19,611 nucleotides of DNA from a bacterium (GTDB lineage Bacteria > SZUA-182 > DTGQ01 > JAFGSM01). Every line of letters starts with the position of its first letter. Within the stretch, counting starts at the first letter, position 1. Below are positions 1 to 9,764 of the stretch, one piece after another. The stretch lies in the NCBI GenBank assembly GCA_049472335.1, contig JBLIRO010000085.1, positions 1-19,611 of the forward strand, read 5' to 3'. The position numbers were made by a program, and so were the translations under genes. The notes beneath the pieces were generated by a model. It was not told where the DNA came from. It was given only the letters and a program-made list of their open reading frames with translations, and made no database searches.

Positions 1-136
1 AGTTAAATTTTTTTGTTAATAAAAAATTATACTCATCCCGGGAAAATCTGACACTTTATCATATCACCTCCGTGGTGCACTATTAATGATATTGAATCCT
101 GCTGGTCCGGACCCAGTCTTATGCTAAGTGATTCTA

Positions 137-2419
137 TCAGAAATAAGTTCCAATAGCGAAATGCCAATCAGAGGCACTTTCACCAACTCTACGCATAAGC
201 TTGTATCCCCAATCCAAGCGCATAGGTCCGATAGGTGTGTAAATCCTCATTCCCATGCCGACGCTCATCCTGAGAGAATGAGAAAACAGGTAATCTTCTT
301 CCTCATATACATTACCGGCATCGAAAAAAACCAAACCGCTCATAGCCTCATAAATAGGGAAATGTGTCTCCAGATTGAAAACCACCCGTTTATTCCCTCC
401 GGTCGGATTGTCATAGCTATCCTTTGGTCCTATACCCCTTTGTCTGTATCCCCTTACTGTATTGGTGCCTCCACAGTAAAGCCTCTCAAACACCGGGAGA
501 TCCCTGCCGCTATGTCCGCTGGCATAAGCAATATTACCATGCAAAGCTAAGACAAACTTCCACCAGGGTAGAGGAAAATACCAGCCGGTATCTAAATTCG
601 TCGTGTAAAAATAATTGTCACCAAGTAAAAAGCCCCCTGCATATTTAAAAGAGAGCCGATTCATGGATCCTGTTGTGGGCCTGAACCGGTCATCCCTGGT
701 ATCCCTGGAAAGAGCAAGCAGAATACTGCTAGAGCGGGTCGGGCTATTTTCTTCTGCCTCCAAAAGGCTTTTTGCATATGGGGTATTAGGATCATCCACA
801 TCAACGTCATAGATATTTACCTTTTCATAATTATAATCAGTGTAAAAACGAAAATTTTTAGGAAGCTGGAAGCCGGTTTGAAGATCGCCACCGCGGGAGC
901 TTCTGGTATATTGGTCATATTCCTTTATATCATAATAGATACTAAAACCCATCAAAAGAGGTTTATCCATTACGTAGGGTTCGGTGAAGCTTATATTATA
1001 GGTCTGCCTCTCTCCACCCAACTCGGCAGAAGCCGACAGCCTCTGTCCGCGGCCGAAAAGATTTCCCTGAGTGATTTCAAATGTTCCAACCAAATGATCC
1101 TCTGAGCTATATCCCGCGCCAAGACTTACCTGACCTGTGAGTCTTTCCTCCACATTCAAATCCAAATCAAACTGGTTTTCCTGGCTTGTAGGAATTGTCT
1201 GAATATCGAGATTCTCAAAAAACCCCAGATTACGAATCCTTCTGTAGCTTTCACGCATACGCTTTGTATCCAGGAGATCTCCCTCTTTTACAAGCATTTC
1301 CCGGCGGACAACCTTTTCTCTGGTCTTTGTGTTGCCGGTAATATTAATCCATCTGAGATAGGAAGGCTCACCCTCCTTTATTTTGTAATTGACAGATATG
1401 GACTTGGCGTCAGGATCTTCAGAAATCACCGGAAAGACATCCGACGTAAGATATCCCCTTTCTCCATAGACATCCGTGATTCGAGTCAGATCTCTGCTTA
1501 TCTCTGTGCGTGAATAAACATCCCCGGATTTGACTTTGATCATTTTCAGGAATTTTTCAGTAGAAAAAATAAGGTTGCCGGTTATTGATATATCTTTGAC
1601 CTTATATAAGTCCCCTTCTTGAATAGAGAATTGAATTGTAAGGTGTTTTCTTTCTTTGTCCAGTTCAACTAGTGGCGATGAAACATCACAATGTATGAAT
1701 CCCCGGTCCAAATAAAAATTCTCGATCCTTATTCGGTCTTCCTCCAGCACCTCTCTGTTGAGAAAACCCTTTTTTGAAATAAAAGAAAAGAAACCGTAAG
1801 GCCTTGTAATTATTTGTTTTTTGAGGATCCGGGCTTTAAAATGCTTATTCCCTTCAAAGACAATCCGGCGGATCTTTACCTTTTTCCCTTCCTCGATAAT
1901 AAAATGAAGATTAACCCATCCCTTCTCAATATCTTCCAGACGATAGTCGATTGCAGCAAGATAAAAACCTTCACTCTGATAATGTTGGATTAGTTTGGTT
2001 ATATTCTGACTGATAGCGCCTTTATCCAAAAATGTCTTTTCTTTTAAGTCAATCTTTTCCTTAAGGGTATCCGTTTTTATCTTCTTATTTCCCTCGAAGG
2101 TGATGCTCCTGATCCAGGGTTTTTCCTTTATTTTATAAATAAGTTTTATCCCCCCTTCAAAAGGCTCGGACTCAACCTGAATATCTTCAATATAACCTAT
2201 TTTATATATATTGGCTATATCCTGGCGGACACTAAATGGAGTGAAAGGATCTCCTACCCTGCTCCTAATTTGATGTCGAATGGTGGCTTCTTCTATTATC
2301 CTATTTCCCTGAATCGCAATAGCCTTGATGAGAATACTTTCCTGTGCCCCCTCAACAGAACAAACGGAAAAAAGGATCAATAGAAAGGCATAAATTATGG
2401 CCCGCTTCCGCGTCACCAT
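137..2419 (-). CDS. bamA: Outer membrane protein assembly factor BamA
   Basis: 760 aa; N-terminal signal peptide, repeated POTRA-like segments (IxFEGNKK, ITGNTKTREKVVRRE), VRGY motif, TPIGPMRLDWG and C-terminal Phe (GTYF). Confidence 0.96.
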   Translation of the reverse strand: MVTRKRAIIYAFLLILFSVCSVEGAQESILIKAIAIQGNRIIEEATIRHQIRSRVGDPFTPFSVRQDIANIYKIGYIEDIQVESEPFEGGIKLIYKIKEKPWIRSITFEGNKKIKTDTLKEKIDLKEKTFLDKGAISQNITKLIQHYQSEGFYLAAIDYRLEDIEKGWVNLHFIIEEGKKVKIRRIVFEGNKHFKARILKKQIITRPYGFFSFISKKGFLNREVLEEDRIRIENFYLDRGFIHCDVSSPLVELDKERKHLTIQFSIQEGDLYKVKDISITGNLIFSTEKFLKMIKVKSGDVYSRTEISRDLTRITDVYGERGYLTSDVFPVISEDPDAKSISVNYKIKEGEPSYLRWINITGNTKTREKVVRREMLVKEGDLLDTKRMRESYRRIRNLGFFENLDIQTIPTSQENQFDLDLNVEERLTGQVSLGAGYSSEDHLVGTFEITQGNLFGRGQRLSASAELGGERQTYNISFTEPYVMDKPLLMGFSIYYDIKEYDQYTRSSRGGDLQTGFQLPKNFRFYTDYNYEKVNIYDVDVDDPNTPYAKSLLEAEENSPTRSSSILLALSRDTRDDRFRPTTGSMNRLSFKYAGGFLLGDNYFYTTNLDTGWYFPLPWWKFVLALHGNIAYASGHSGRDLPVFERLYCGGTNTVRGYRQRGIGPKDSYDNPTGGNKRVVFNLETHFPIYEAMSGLVFFDAGNVYEEEDYLFSHSLRMSVGMGMRIYTPIGPMRLDWGYKLMRRVGESASDWHFAIGTYF

Positions 2420-2459
2420 CTCTTGGATCTTTCTCGCTTCTTTCCCATATCCAAGATCT

Positions 2460-4934
2460 TTATTCCTTTTCTATCCATCCACTCTTGCCGGCGCCTATCT
2501 CTTCCTTCGCTTTTTTGTTCTTACGGACCATCGTCAGTTCTGAATCCTTGACAACTATACTAATCCGGTCCCCTTCCTTGAATTTCCCTTTGATTAGATA
2601 TTCAGACAGGGAATCTTCCACAAATCTTTGAATACATCTTTTAAGCGGCCTGGCACCATATTTGGGTTGATAACCTTTCTCTAAAAGCCAATCCTCCCCC
2701 TCTTTTGAAAGCTCAACAGACATCTCTTTATCCCTCAATTGTTTATTCAGTTGATCGATCAAAAGCTGCATGATCTTCCTAAGATGGCTTTTTTCAAGAG
2801 AATGAAAGACGATAATTTCATCGATCCGGTTCAAAAATTCCGGATTAAAGGTATGCTTTATTTCACCCATGACTAGCTGTTTCATTTTTTCATAGGCTTT
2901 AATCTCGTCATCCTGGGGTTTGAATCCCAGGCTGATCCTTTTCTCGATATGTTTAGCAGCCACATTCGAGGTCATTATCACTACAACATTTTTGAAATCA
3001 ACAAATCTTCCGCTACTGTCAGTTAAATGTCCATCCTCCAGGACTTGGAGAAGGATATTGAATACCTCCGGATGGGCCTTCTCAATTTCATCTATCAGGA
3101 CTACGGAGTAAGGTCTCCTTCTCACCCTTTCAGTGAGCTGACCGCCCTCCTCATATCCGACATACCCGGGAGGCGCGCCAACCAAACGAGATACTGCAAA
3201 TTTTTCAGTATACTCGGACATATCAATCCTTATAAGCGCCTCATAGCTTCCGAACAGATACTCTGCCAAACATCTTGCCAGCTCTGTCTTCCCCACTCCT
3301 GTTGGGCCCAGGAATATAAAAGAGCCGATAGGTCTGTTGGGATTTTTAACACCCGCTCTCGATCTTTTGATTGCCCTGGAGACAGCCCTGATTGCCTCAT
3401 CCTGCCCGATCAATTTCTTGTGCAGTTCATCCTCTATATGAAGGAGTTTTTCTGATTCCTCTTGCCCCATCTTAAAAACCGGAACCCCTGTCCATTTAGA
3501 GACCACACTGGCTACATCCTCTTCCACTACCACTATCCTCTTTAGCTTTTGTTCATCCTGCCAATACCGGTTTTTCTCTTCCAACTCCATCCTGAGTTTT
3601 CTTTCCTTGTCCCTGAATTGAGCCGCCTTCTCATATTCCTGAGCCTTAATGGCCTGATCCTTAGCTTCTCTTGTTTTTATAAGTGCTTTCTGAAGGTCTT
3701 TGAGCAAAGGTGGAAATTCGGCGCTCTTAAGCCTTGCACGTGACCCGGCCTCATCCAGAACATCGATGGCCTTATCCGGCAGATAGCGATCCGTGATATA
3801 TCGGTCCGATAACCTTGCAGCCTGGATTATAGATTCTTCATTGAAAATAACATGGTGGTGTGCCTCATACTTGGGTCTCAGGCCTCTTATTATATCGATC
3901 GTCTCATCCAGGGTGGGAGGTGCCACCATGAGGGTCTGAAAACGCCTCTCCAATGCACCATCCTTTTCAATGTGCTTTTTATATTCCCTTAATGTGGTAG
4001 CCCCTATGCACTGGATCTCACCCCTGGAAAGCGCAGGCTTAAGCATATTTGACGCATCTATAGAACCCTCGGCGGCGCCCGCGCCGACTAAAGTATGAAG
4101 CTCATCGATAAAAAGGACTACGTTTCTGGCCTCCATGATTTCGTGCATGATGGCCTTCATTCTTTCTTCAAATTGTCCCCTGTATTTTGTACCCGCAACC
4201 AGCAAACCGAGATCCAGACCGACAATCCTCTTCTCTGCAAGAAAAACCGGAATCGAGCGATCCACGATCCTCTGAGCAAGCCCTTCGACAATGGCCGTCT
4301 TACCTACACCCGGTTCACCGATCAGGACAGGGTTATTCTTCGTCCTTCGGCTGAGTATCTGTATAAGCCTTTCAATCTCGTTCTCCCTGCCAATTACCGG
4401 GTCCAATTTTCCTTGTAAAGCAAGTTTGGTAATATCCCTGCCGAATTCGTCCAATGTATCGGTTTTTACATCCGATTTTATTTCTTGCTGCCCATGATGA
4501 GCAGAGTTCATTACCTCCCGGCGAACCTCGGTCAGATCGATCCTCATATCTTCAAAAACAAGGGCCGATATACCCTCCCCTTCTTTGATCAAACCGATAA
4601 GCAGATGACCCGTCCCAATACGGTCATGGCCCATCATATTGGCCTCTTCAATGGCTAATTCAAGCACCTTTTTAGCACGACTGGTAAAAGGGATCTCGAT
4701 CTGATTTTCTATTCGTCTGTTATATTGACGTGATATTCTTCTCTCCACTTCAAAACGTATCTCTTGTAAGTCCAGTCCCAACTTTTTTAGAATTTCGACA
4801 GCGGTACCATCCTCCTTGCGTATGAGCCCAAGCAATATATGTTCGGTTCCCAAATAAGGATTTCTTACCCTTATGGCCTCTTCCCTTGCCAGAACTATGG
4901 TACGTTTTGCTCTCTCTGTGAAACGCTCAAACAT
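2460..4934 (-). CDS. clpC: ATP-dependent Clp protease ATP-binding subunit ClpC
   Basis: Starts MFERFTERA (ATG at 4934, GAGGT upstream; the ORF track extends to 4949). Clp-N repeats, two Walker A motifs ([16 protein letters not shown]), UVR-type middle domain ([13 protein letters not shown]), LGF ClpP-docking loop, GARPLKR. Confidence 0.95.
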   Translation of the reverse strand: MFERFTERAKRTIVLAREEAIRVRNPYLGTEHILLGLIRKEDGTAVEILKKLGLDLQEIRFEVERRISRQYNRRIENQIEIPFTSRAKKVLELAIEEANMMGHDRIGTGHLLIGLIKEGEGISALVFEDMRIDLTEVRREVMNSAHHGQQEIKSDVKTDTLDEFGRDITKLALQGKLDPVIGRENEIERLIQILSRRTKNNPVLIGEPGVGKTAIVEGLAQRIVDRSIPVFLAEKRIVGLDLGLLVAGTKYRGQFEERMKAIMHEIMEARNVVLFIDELHTLVGAGAAEGSIDASNMLKPALSRGEIQCIGATTLREYKKHIEKDGALERRFQTLMVAPPTLDETIDIIRGLRPKYEAHHHVIFNEESIIQAARLSDRYITDRYLPDKAIDVLDEAGSRARLKSAEFPPLLKDLQKALIKTREAKDQAIKAQEYEKAAQFRDKERKLRMELEEKNRYWQDEQKLKRIVVVEEDVASVVSKWTGVPVFKMGQEESEKLLHIEDELHKKLIGQDEAIRAVSRAIKRSRAGVKNPNRPIGSFIFLGPTGVGKTELARCLAEYLFGSYEALIRIDMSEYTEKFAVSRLVGAPPGYVGYEEGGQLTERVRRRPYSVVLIDEIEKAHPEVFNILLQVLEDGHLTDSSGRFVDFKNVVVIMTSNVAAKHIEKRISLGFKPQDDEIKAYEKMKQLVMGEIKHTFNPEFLNRIDEIIVFHSLEKSHLRKIMQLLIDQLNKQLRDKEMSVELSKEGEDWLLEKGYQPKYGARPLKRCIQRFVEDSLSEYLIKGKFKEGDRISIVVKDSELTMVRKNKKAKEEIGAGKSGWIEKE

Positions 4935-5020
4935 AATTATGAACCTCAAATACCTTCTTCTAAATATAAATTTTATGATATGTATCTTCTTTTATATTTA
5001 ACATAAAAGAAGCAATTATA

Positions 5021-5049
5021 ATAATATCAGCCAGTTATAAGAAAATCAA
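5021..5049 (-). promoter_or_regulatory. Putative sigma70 promoter for clpC-bamA
   Basis: Minus strand TTGATT-17 nt-TATTAT with a TGn extended -10, in the AT-rich lolD-clpC spacer. Confidence 0.5.
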
Positions 5050-5102
5050 CCTCTTCGAATCAAGATAGTTATATTCTTATTATAAGACAACTTATGCAAA
5101 AA

Positions 5103-5789
5103 TCAATCCAGAATTATCCCATCCTGTAATCTGAGTCTGCAATCCGTTCTTTTTGCCAATTCCATATTATGAGTCACTATAATCGTGCTCATCCCTCTCT
5201 GTTTATTAAGTTTCACCATAAGATCAAAAATGGTCTGGCTCGTCCGCGTATCCAGATTCCCTGTAGGTTCATCAGCTAAAAGCAATTCGGGATCATTCGC
5301 CAAGGCCCTTGCAATTGCGACTCTCTGCTGCTCCCCTCCGGAAAGTTCCGAAGGTTTATGCGCCTTCCGTTCTTCCAGACCCACTTCGGCCAACAATCCC
5401 CGTGCCTTGTTCGCGTTTTCTTTTTTTGTGCCCTTTCCCGAGATCATTAAAGGTATCATAGTGTTCTCCAAAGCTGTAAACTCCGGCAGAAGATGATGAA
5501 ACTGAAAGACAAAACCAATCGTATTATTTCTAAATCTGGCCAGTTTCCTTTCTGAATAGAAAAATACATTCTTATCTCTATAAAAATAATATCCTTCAGT
5601 AGGTCTATCAAGTGCACCGATAATATGCAAGAGTGTGCTCTTTCCCGCACCTGATGCCCCTACAATGGATAACATTCCCCCTGACGGGAGTATCAGGTGA
5701 ACATCCCTCAGCACCTCTACCTGTCCGGTCCCCATTGGATAAGACTTACGTATTCCTTCCATTTTTAAGAGGGGGCTACTGTTATTCAT
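5103..5789 (-). CDS. lolD: Lipoprotein-releasing ABC transporter ATP-binding protein LolD
   Basis: GASGAGKS Walker A, GFVFQFHHLL, LSGGEQQRVAIARAL, DEPTGNLD; overlaps the lolC/E stop. Confidence 0.93.
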   Translation of the reverse strand: MNNSSPLLKMEGIRKSYPMGTGQVEVLRDVHLILPSGGMLSIVGASGAGKSTLLHIIGALDRPTEGYYFYRDKNVFFYSERKLARFRNNTIGFVFQFHHLLPEFTALENTMIPLMISGKGTKKENANKARGLLAEVGLEERKAHKPSELSGGEQQRVAIARALANDPELLLADEPTGNLDTRTSQTIFDLMVKLNKQRGMSTIIVTHNMELAKRTDCRLRLQDGIILD

Positions 5790-7020
5790 ATCTCAGCGCC
5801 GCTACAGGATCCAATTGTGAGGCCTGCCAGGCCGGGTATATGGTAGCCAATATGCTTATCATAATAGATGCCGTGCAGATAAGTATTAAATCCAGCGGCT
5901 GCATCTTAAAAGACAGATAGCTAATATAGTATATATCTGCCTGAAGTTTTATCAAATGATAAGTATCCGCGATCCAGCACACCAACACTCCCCCCACCAT
6001 ACCGGCAAATGTTCCGACTATGCCTATAGTCAAACCCTCCAGGAGAAAAATACTAAGGATGCTCCTGTTGTTCGCACCCATAGATTTCAGGATGCCGATA
6101 TCCTTATGCTTTTCAAGGACCATCATGACCAGGGTGCTTATGATATTAAACGCCGCGACAAGTATAATAAGTATAAGGATGATAAACATAGCCAGCTTTT
6201 CCAATTTAAGGGCGGAAAACAGATTTTTGTTCATCTCCATCCAATCCCGGGTAAAGAAAGGGAACCCAAGCTCAGACTGAATCGCCTTCGCAGTCTCTCT
6301 TGCGTCAAAGATATCCTCTATCTTAACCTGAAAACCTGTAATCACCGGACCCAAGTCAAAAAAATCCCTGGCTGTTTGTAGGGTTACATAGGCAAGCCCG
6401 GTATCATATTCATACATCCCGGAGTCAAACACACCAACTACCCGAAGTTTTTTCATCTTGGGCGCCGGGCCCAGAGGCGTCAGTTTTCCCTTTGGGTCAG
6501 GAGATATGACGGTAATATCCTGTCCCTTGTAAACTCCAAGACTGCCGGCAAGCTCTTTACCTATGATGATTCCTTCTCCCTCTTCAATAGGATTGAGATC
6601 GGACAGCGTTCCTTCAACCATATTTCTTGCCAATTGGGTCACTCTTACCTCAGCGTTCGGATCTATGCCCCTTAAAACGACCCCCATTGCATTCCTGGAA
6701 GTAGAGAGCATAACCTGGCTGTAAATAAACGGAGCAACGGCTAAAACCTGTGAAGTCTTTTCTATCTCGGGGACAATATCTTCATAATCCCTTATTCCCT
6801 GCGAGTCATGACTAAGCACAATAACATGGGCGTTTGTCTCGAGGATTTTGTCTCTCATATCCTTCTGAAAACCTGTCATTACAGCGAGAACAATGATAAG
6901 GGCCATTACACCCAGGGCAACGCCGGACATGGAAATAAAAGTTACAAGGGAAATAACAGTCTGTTTACGTTTGGCCTTTAGGTAACGGATGGCAATAAAG
7001 AGTTCGTAAGGCATTACCAT
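5782..7020 (-). CDS. lolE: Lipoprotein-releasing ABC transporter permease (LolC/LolE family, single copy here)
   Basis: ELFIAIRYLKAKR start, GVMALIIVLAVMTGF, DIGILKSMGA, C-terminal YPAWQASQLDPVAALRYE; the start may be 7014. Confidence 0.88.
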   Translation of the reverse strand: MVMPYELFIAIRYLKAKRKQTVISLVTFISMSGVALGVMALIIVLAVMTGFQKDMRDKILETNAHVIVLSHDSQGIRDYEDIVPEIEKTSQVLAVAPFIYSQVMLSTSRNAMGVVLRGIDPNAEVRVTQLARNMVEGTLSDLNPIEEGEGIIIGKELAGSLGVYKGQDITVISPDPKGKLTPLGPAPKMKKLRVVGVFDSGMYEYDTGLAYVTLQTARDFFDLGPVITGFQVKIEDIFDARETAKAIQSELGFPFFTRDWMEMNKNLFSALKLEKLAMFIILILIILVAAFNIISTLVMMVLEKHKDIGILKSMGANNRSILSIFLLEGLTIGIVGTFAGMVGGVLVCWIADTYHLIKLQADIYYISYLSFKMQPLDLILICTASIMISILATIYPAWQASQLDPVAALRYE

Positions 7021-7021
7021 C

Positions 7022-8506
7022 TTAAGGCCTTTGAATCTCTCTCAATTGTGGAAAAAGTATAACCTCCCGGATAGAAGGGACATCGGCAAAGATCATTATC
7101 AAACGATCGATCCCTATCCCTTCTCCAGCCGTTGGCGGAAGCCCGTATTCCAAAGCATGGATATAATCCTCGTCAACTCTTTTCAAAAGACCCTCATCAT
7201 CGACCTCCTCCACTTGCTTAAGAAACCTCTTCTTCTGGTCTATGGGATCATTCAGCTCACTAAATGCATTGGCCAATTCCTTGCCGGCTATATAAAGCTC
7301 GAATCTCTCCACCAAATCAGGGTTTGAATCCTTGGATCTTGCAAGGGGTGAAACATCCTTTGGAAAGTCTATGATAAATGTCGGCTGAATAAGATTCGGC
7401 TCCACAAGGGCTTCAAAAAGCTTCATCAATAATTTTCCCTGGCTCTCTTTACCGGTTAAAGGGGCTTCCAATTCTTTACCCATGATCTCCTGGACAAGAA
7501 TAGACCTGTCATTCAGATCCGATTCTGTTAAATCAGTGTATTCCAGGATTGCCTCCCGCATGGACAGACATTTCCATGGAGAACCAAAATCTATCTGATG
7601 GCCCTGATATTCCCATTTTAGAGACCCTTTTACTTTTTTTGTCAGTTCACAAAAAAGCCTCTCCGTCAACTGCATCAGATCCTTATAATCAGCGTAGGCC
7701 ATATAGAACTCCAGCATTGTAAATTCAGGATTATGCTCTGTGGAAAGGCCTTCATTTCTAAAGTTGCGATTCAATTCATAGACCCTGTCAAATCCTCCGA
7801 TTATCAACCTCTTCAGATAAAGCTCAGGGGCTATCCTGAGATAAAGCTCACGGTTGAGGGCATTATGAAAGGTCTTAAAGGGCCTGGCTGCCGCTCCCCC
7901 GGGGATAGCCTGCATCATGGGGGTTTCTACCTCTATGAACCCCGTATTGTTGAAAAATTCCCTGATTGAATTTATTATTCTGCTTCGAAGGAGAAAAATA
8001 TCACGGGCTTCGAGATTTGAAAAAAGATCCAGATAGCGCTGCCGGTATCTTGTTTCTATATCCTTAAGTCCGTGCCATTTTTCAGGCAATGGAAGAAGAG
8101 ATTTTGCAAGCAGACGAAAATGTTCGATCATTATTGTCAATTCCCCTGTCCTCGTCCTGAAAATCTTACCCTCTACACCTATCAGATCACCCAAATCCAG
8201 ATCCGTAAATTGATCAAAGGCCTCCTCCCCCAGATTATCCTTGCGCACATAAATCTGCAGTTTTGCACCCTCCCCCAGTAAGTGGGCAAAACAGGTCTTT
8301 CCATGTCCCCTCTTGGCCACAAGCCTTCCGGCAACGGAAATCGTTTCTGAGGATTCGCCCTCTTCTTTAAAATCTTCATATCTTTCCAGGGCCTTCGGTA
8401 TGCTTATGGAAGGACGAAAATCATTCGGATATGGATTGATACCCTTTTGCCTTAATCCCTCTATCTTGTCCAGCCTATGCTGGCGTTGTATATCTAATTC
8501 TGACAT
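7022..8506 (-). CDS. lysS: Lysine--tRNA ligase (class II)
   Basis: LPEKWHGLKDIETRYRQRYLDL, LRIAPELYLKRL, FRNEG, HNPEFTMLEFY, GIGIDRL. Confidence 0.98.
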   Translation of the reverse strand: MSELDIQRQHRLDKIEGLRQKGINPYPNDFRPSISIPKALERYEDFKEEGESSETISVAGRLVAKRGHGKTCFAHLLGEGAKLQIYVRKDNLGEEAFDQFTDLDLGDLIGVEGKIFRTRTGELTIMIEHFRLLAKSLLPLPEKWHGLKDIETRYRQRYLDLFSNLEARDIFLLRSRIINSIREFFNNTGFIEVETPMMQAIPGGAAARPFKTFHNALNRELYLRIAPELYLKRLIIGGFDRVYELNRNFRNEGLSTEHNPEFTMLEFYMAYADYKDLMQLTERLFCELTKKVKGSLKWEYQGHQIDFGSPWKCLSMREAILEYTDLTESDLNDRSILVQEIMGKELEAPLTGKESQGKLLMKLFEALVEPNLIQPTFIIDFPKDVSPLARSKDSNPDLVERFELYIAGKELANAFSELNDPIDQKKRFLKQVEEVDDEGLLKRVDEDYIHALEYGLPPTAGEGIGIDRLIMIFADVPSIREVILFPQLREIQRP

Positions 8507-8541
8507 AATTGTTTACCGCTTTCCGACAATATTGATTTTAT

Positions 8542-8572
8542 AAGTGCCTAAAGTGTCAAGTGCCTAAAGTTA
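8542..8572 (+). repeat. Left terminal inverted repeat of the prfB-lysS insert
   Basis: AAGTGCCTAAAGTGTCAAGTGCCTAAAGTTA; 29/31 identical to the reverse complement of 13632-13662; gapped similarity continues to about 8585/13621. Confidence 0.9.
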
Positions 8573-8656
8573 TAAAAGAAAGTCTCCATATAATTACAAG
8601 CCCCTAAAGCTAACATGGCCAAATGTCTTGTTTTCTATTTTCTAATTCTGTTTTCT

Positions 8657-8689
8657 AAAAAAATAACTGGCTGAATCACGACCAGCTAT
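8657..8689 (-). terminator. Putative Rho-independent terminator after the DUF2703-like gene
   Basis: Minus strand ATAGCTGG-tcgtgattcag-CCAGTTAT (8-bp stem with one G-U) followed by a T run. Confidence 0.45.
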
Positions 8690-8746
8690 GTAAAATCTGG
8701 TTAATAATTATTAAAGGTTTTCCAATCAGGATGTGATTGTAGTTCT

Positions 8747-9232
8747 TCAACAGCAACTATCAGAACTTGAATCTTTACAACAACCACTATTAATATTCAT
8801 CTGAGCCAATTTATCCTTTTGCGAATATTTTCCCAAAGGAATTTCACCATAAAGTTGTGATGCTGCAATGAGACCGGCTTTGATGATCAGATCTGCCGGA
8901 ATGGATTCATAAACCTTTGCGTCAACCTCGATTGTTCTGCATTCAGCATCTCCACAGATATCACAACAAGGGCTTTGACCAACCTGTACGCCAAGCCACT
9001 CCTCCAGAGGCCTTCCGCTAATCCAAATCTGGTTAGACCGAGAGGGATCATTAGCAAATGCTATCTGGTCAATTTCTCTTTCCTCAAAAGTAACCTCCAT
9101 AGCCAATGGAGAGAGCGCTTTCTTAAGAAGTTCTAAAGCCTTTTGAATTTCTTCGTGAGTTATTCTGCATCGTTCACAAGTCTGTCCAGATTTATCAACC
9201 AACCGTTGCCATACAATTGGCAAAATCTTCAT
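8747..9232 (-). CDS. Cys-rich DUF2703-like (thioredoxin-like fold) protein, probably metal/metalloid related
   Basis: IVWQRLV..GQTCERC, SNQIWISGRPLEEWL, SPCCDICGDAECRT, YESIPADLIIKAGL, C-terminal GCC...SCC. Confidence 0.75.
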   Translation of the reverse strand: MKILPIVWQRLVDKSGQTCERCRITHEEIQKALELLKKALSPLAMEVTFEEREIDQIAFANDPSRSNQIWISGRPLEEWLGVQVGQSPCCDICGDAECRTIEVDAKVYESIPADLIIKAGLIAASQLYGEIPLGKYSQKDKLAQMNINSGCCKDSSSDSCC

Positions 9233-9469
9233 TTAGTCGCTATCCTTTCTTAAACATATAATATTTGAATTTTAACCTATTATATGCAGTGTTATTATTT
9301 ATTGCAATTTCTATTATGAATTCACTTAGGGTAAGCGCATGAAATTCTTTTAATCAATAATATTAAGATTATTGAAAGGCAAAACTGTTCCCTAAAATTT
9401 ACTATAATTGATCGGTTTCATTATATTTGAAATAATGGTTATTAATTTTGCTTAGCTATAATGTAACTT

Positions 9470-9764
9470 GACAGCTCTAATGCAATATTGACGGATCATG
9501 ATCACATTAATTCGATGGATGCATGCATTACATCCTTGTTCAGGGCATTAGCCATCAGTGAAGCAGGGCGGCATAGGTGATGTTGTCTGATGAGCCGATT
9601 CCGGCGCTCTAAATGTACTTGAGACTGGAAGAAGGGATGCTAACTACAGAATCACTCCTGGATAGCCATATGCGATAAGTTGTCTCATCCCAAAGCGTCT
9701 GTACTTAAATAACCTGACAAAGCTGATTGTGGTCTATGCTGAAGTACTATATTTGATCCTTCAA
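9470..9764 (-). pseudogene. Decayed 5' fragment of an SNF2/RapA-like helicase gene
   Basis: From TTG at 9764 (overlapping the upstream TGA): MKDQI*YFSIDHNQLCQVI*VQTLWDETTYRIWLSRSDSVVSIPSSSLKYI*SAGIGSSDNITYAA, then in a shifted frame ASLMANALNKDVMHASIE. Resembles, from memory, the N-termini of restriction-modification-linked SNF2 helicases (W.YS.DH.QLCQVIE.QTLWG.T.CRVWLP..DSVVR.P...ADAL..DVLLAPIE). Confidence 0.7.

Noticed and set aside
63..71. ATCACCTCC resembling the 16S rRNA 3' end
   Set aside because: Simply the complement of a Shine-Dalgarno sequence; no rRNA sequence around it
128..8543. Many short ORFs antisense to or out of frame within bamA, clpC, lolD/E and lysS
   Set aside because: Shadow ORFs of well-supported genes with no recognisable motifs; the same applies to those overlapping genes between 9887 and 16907
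8542..8585. CRISPR array or integron attC interpretation of the short repeats
   Set aside because: Only two 13-bp units separated by 3 bp at each end, no unique spacers, no cas or intI gene, no attC core sites
8631..8657. TTTTCTA heptamer repeated three to four times
   Set aside because: Low-complexity AT-rich sequence with no convincing inverted partner found
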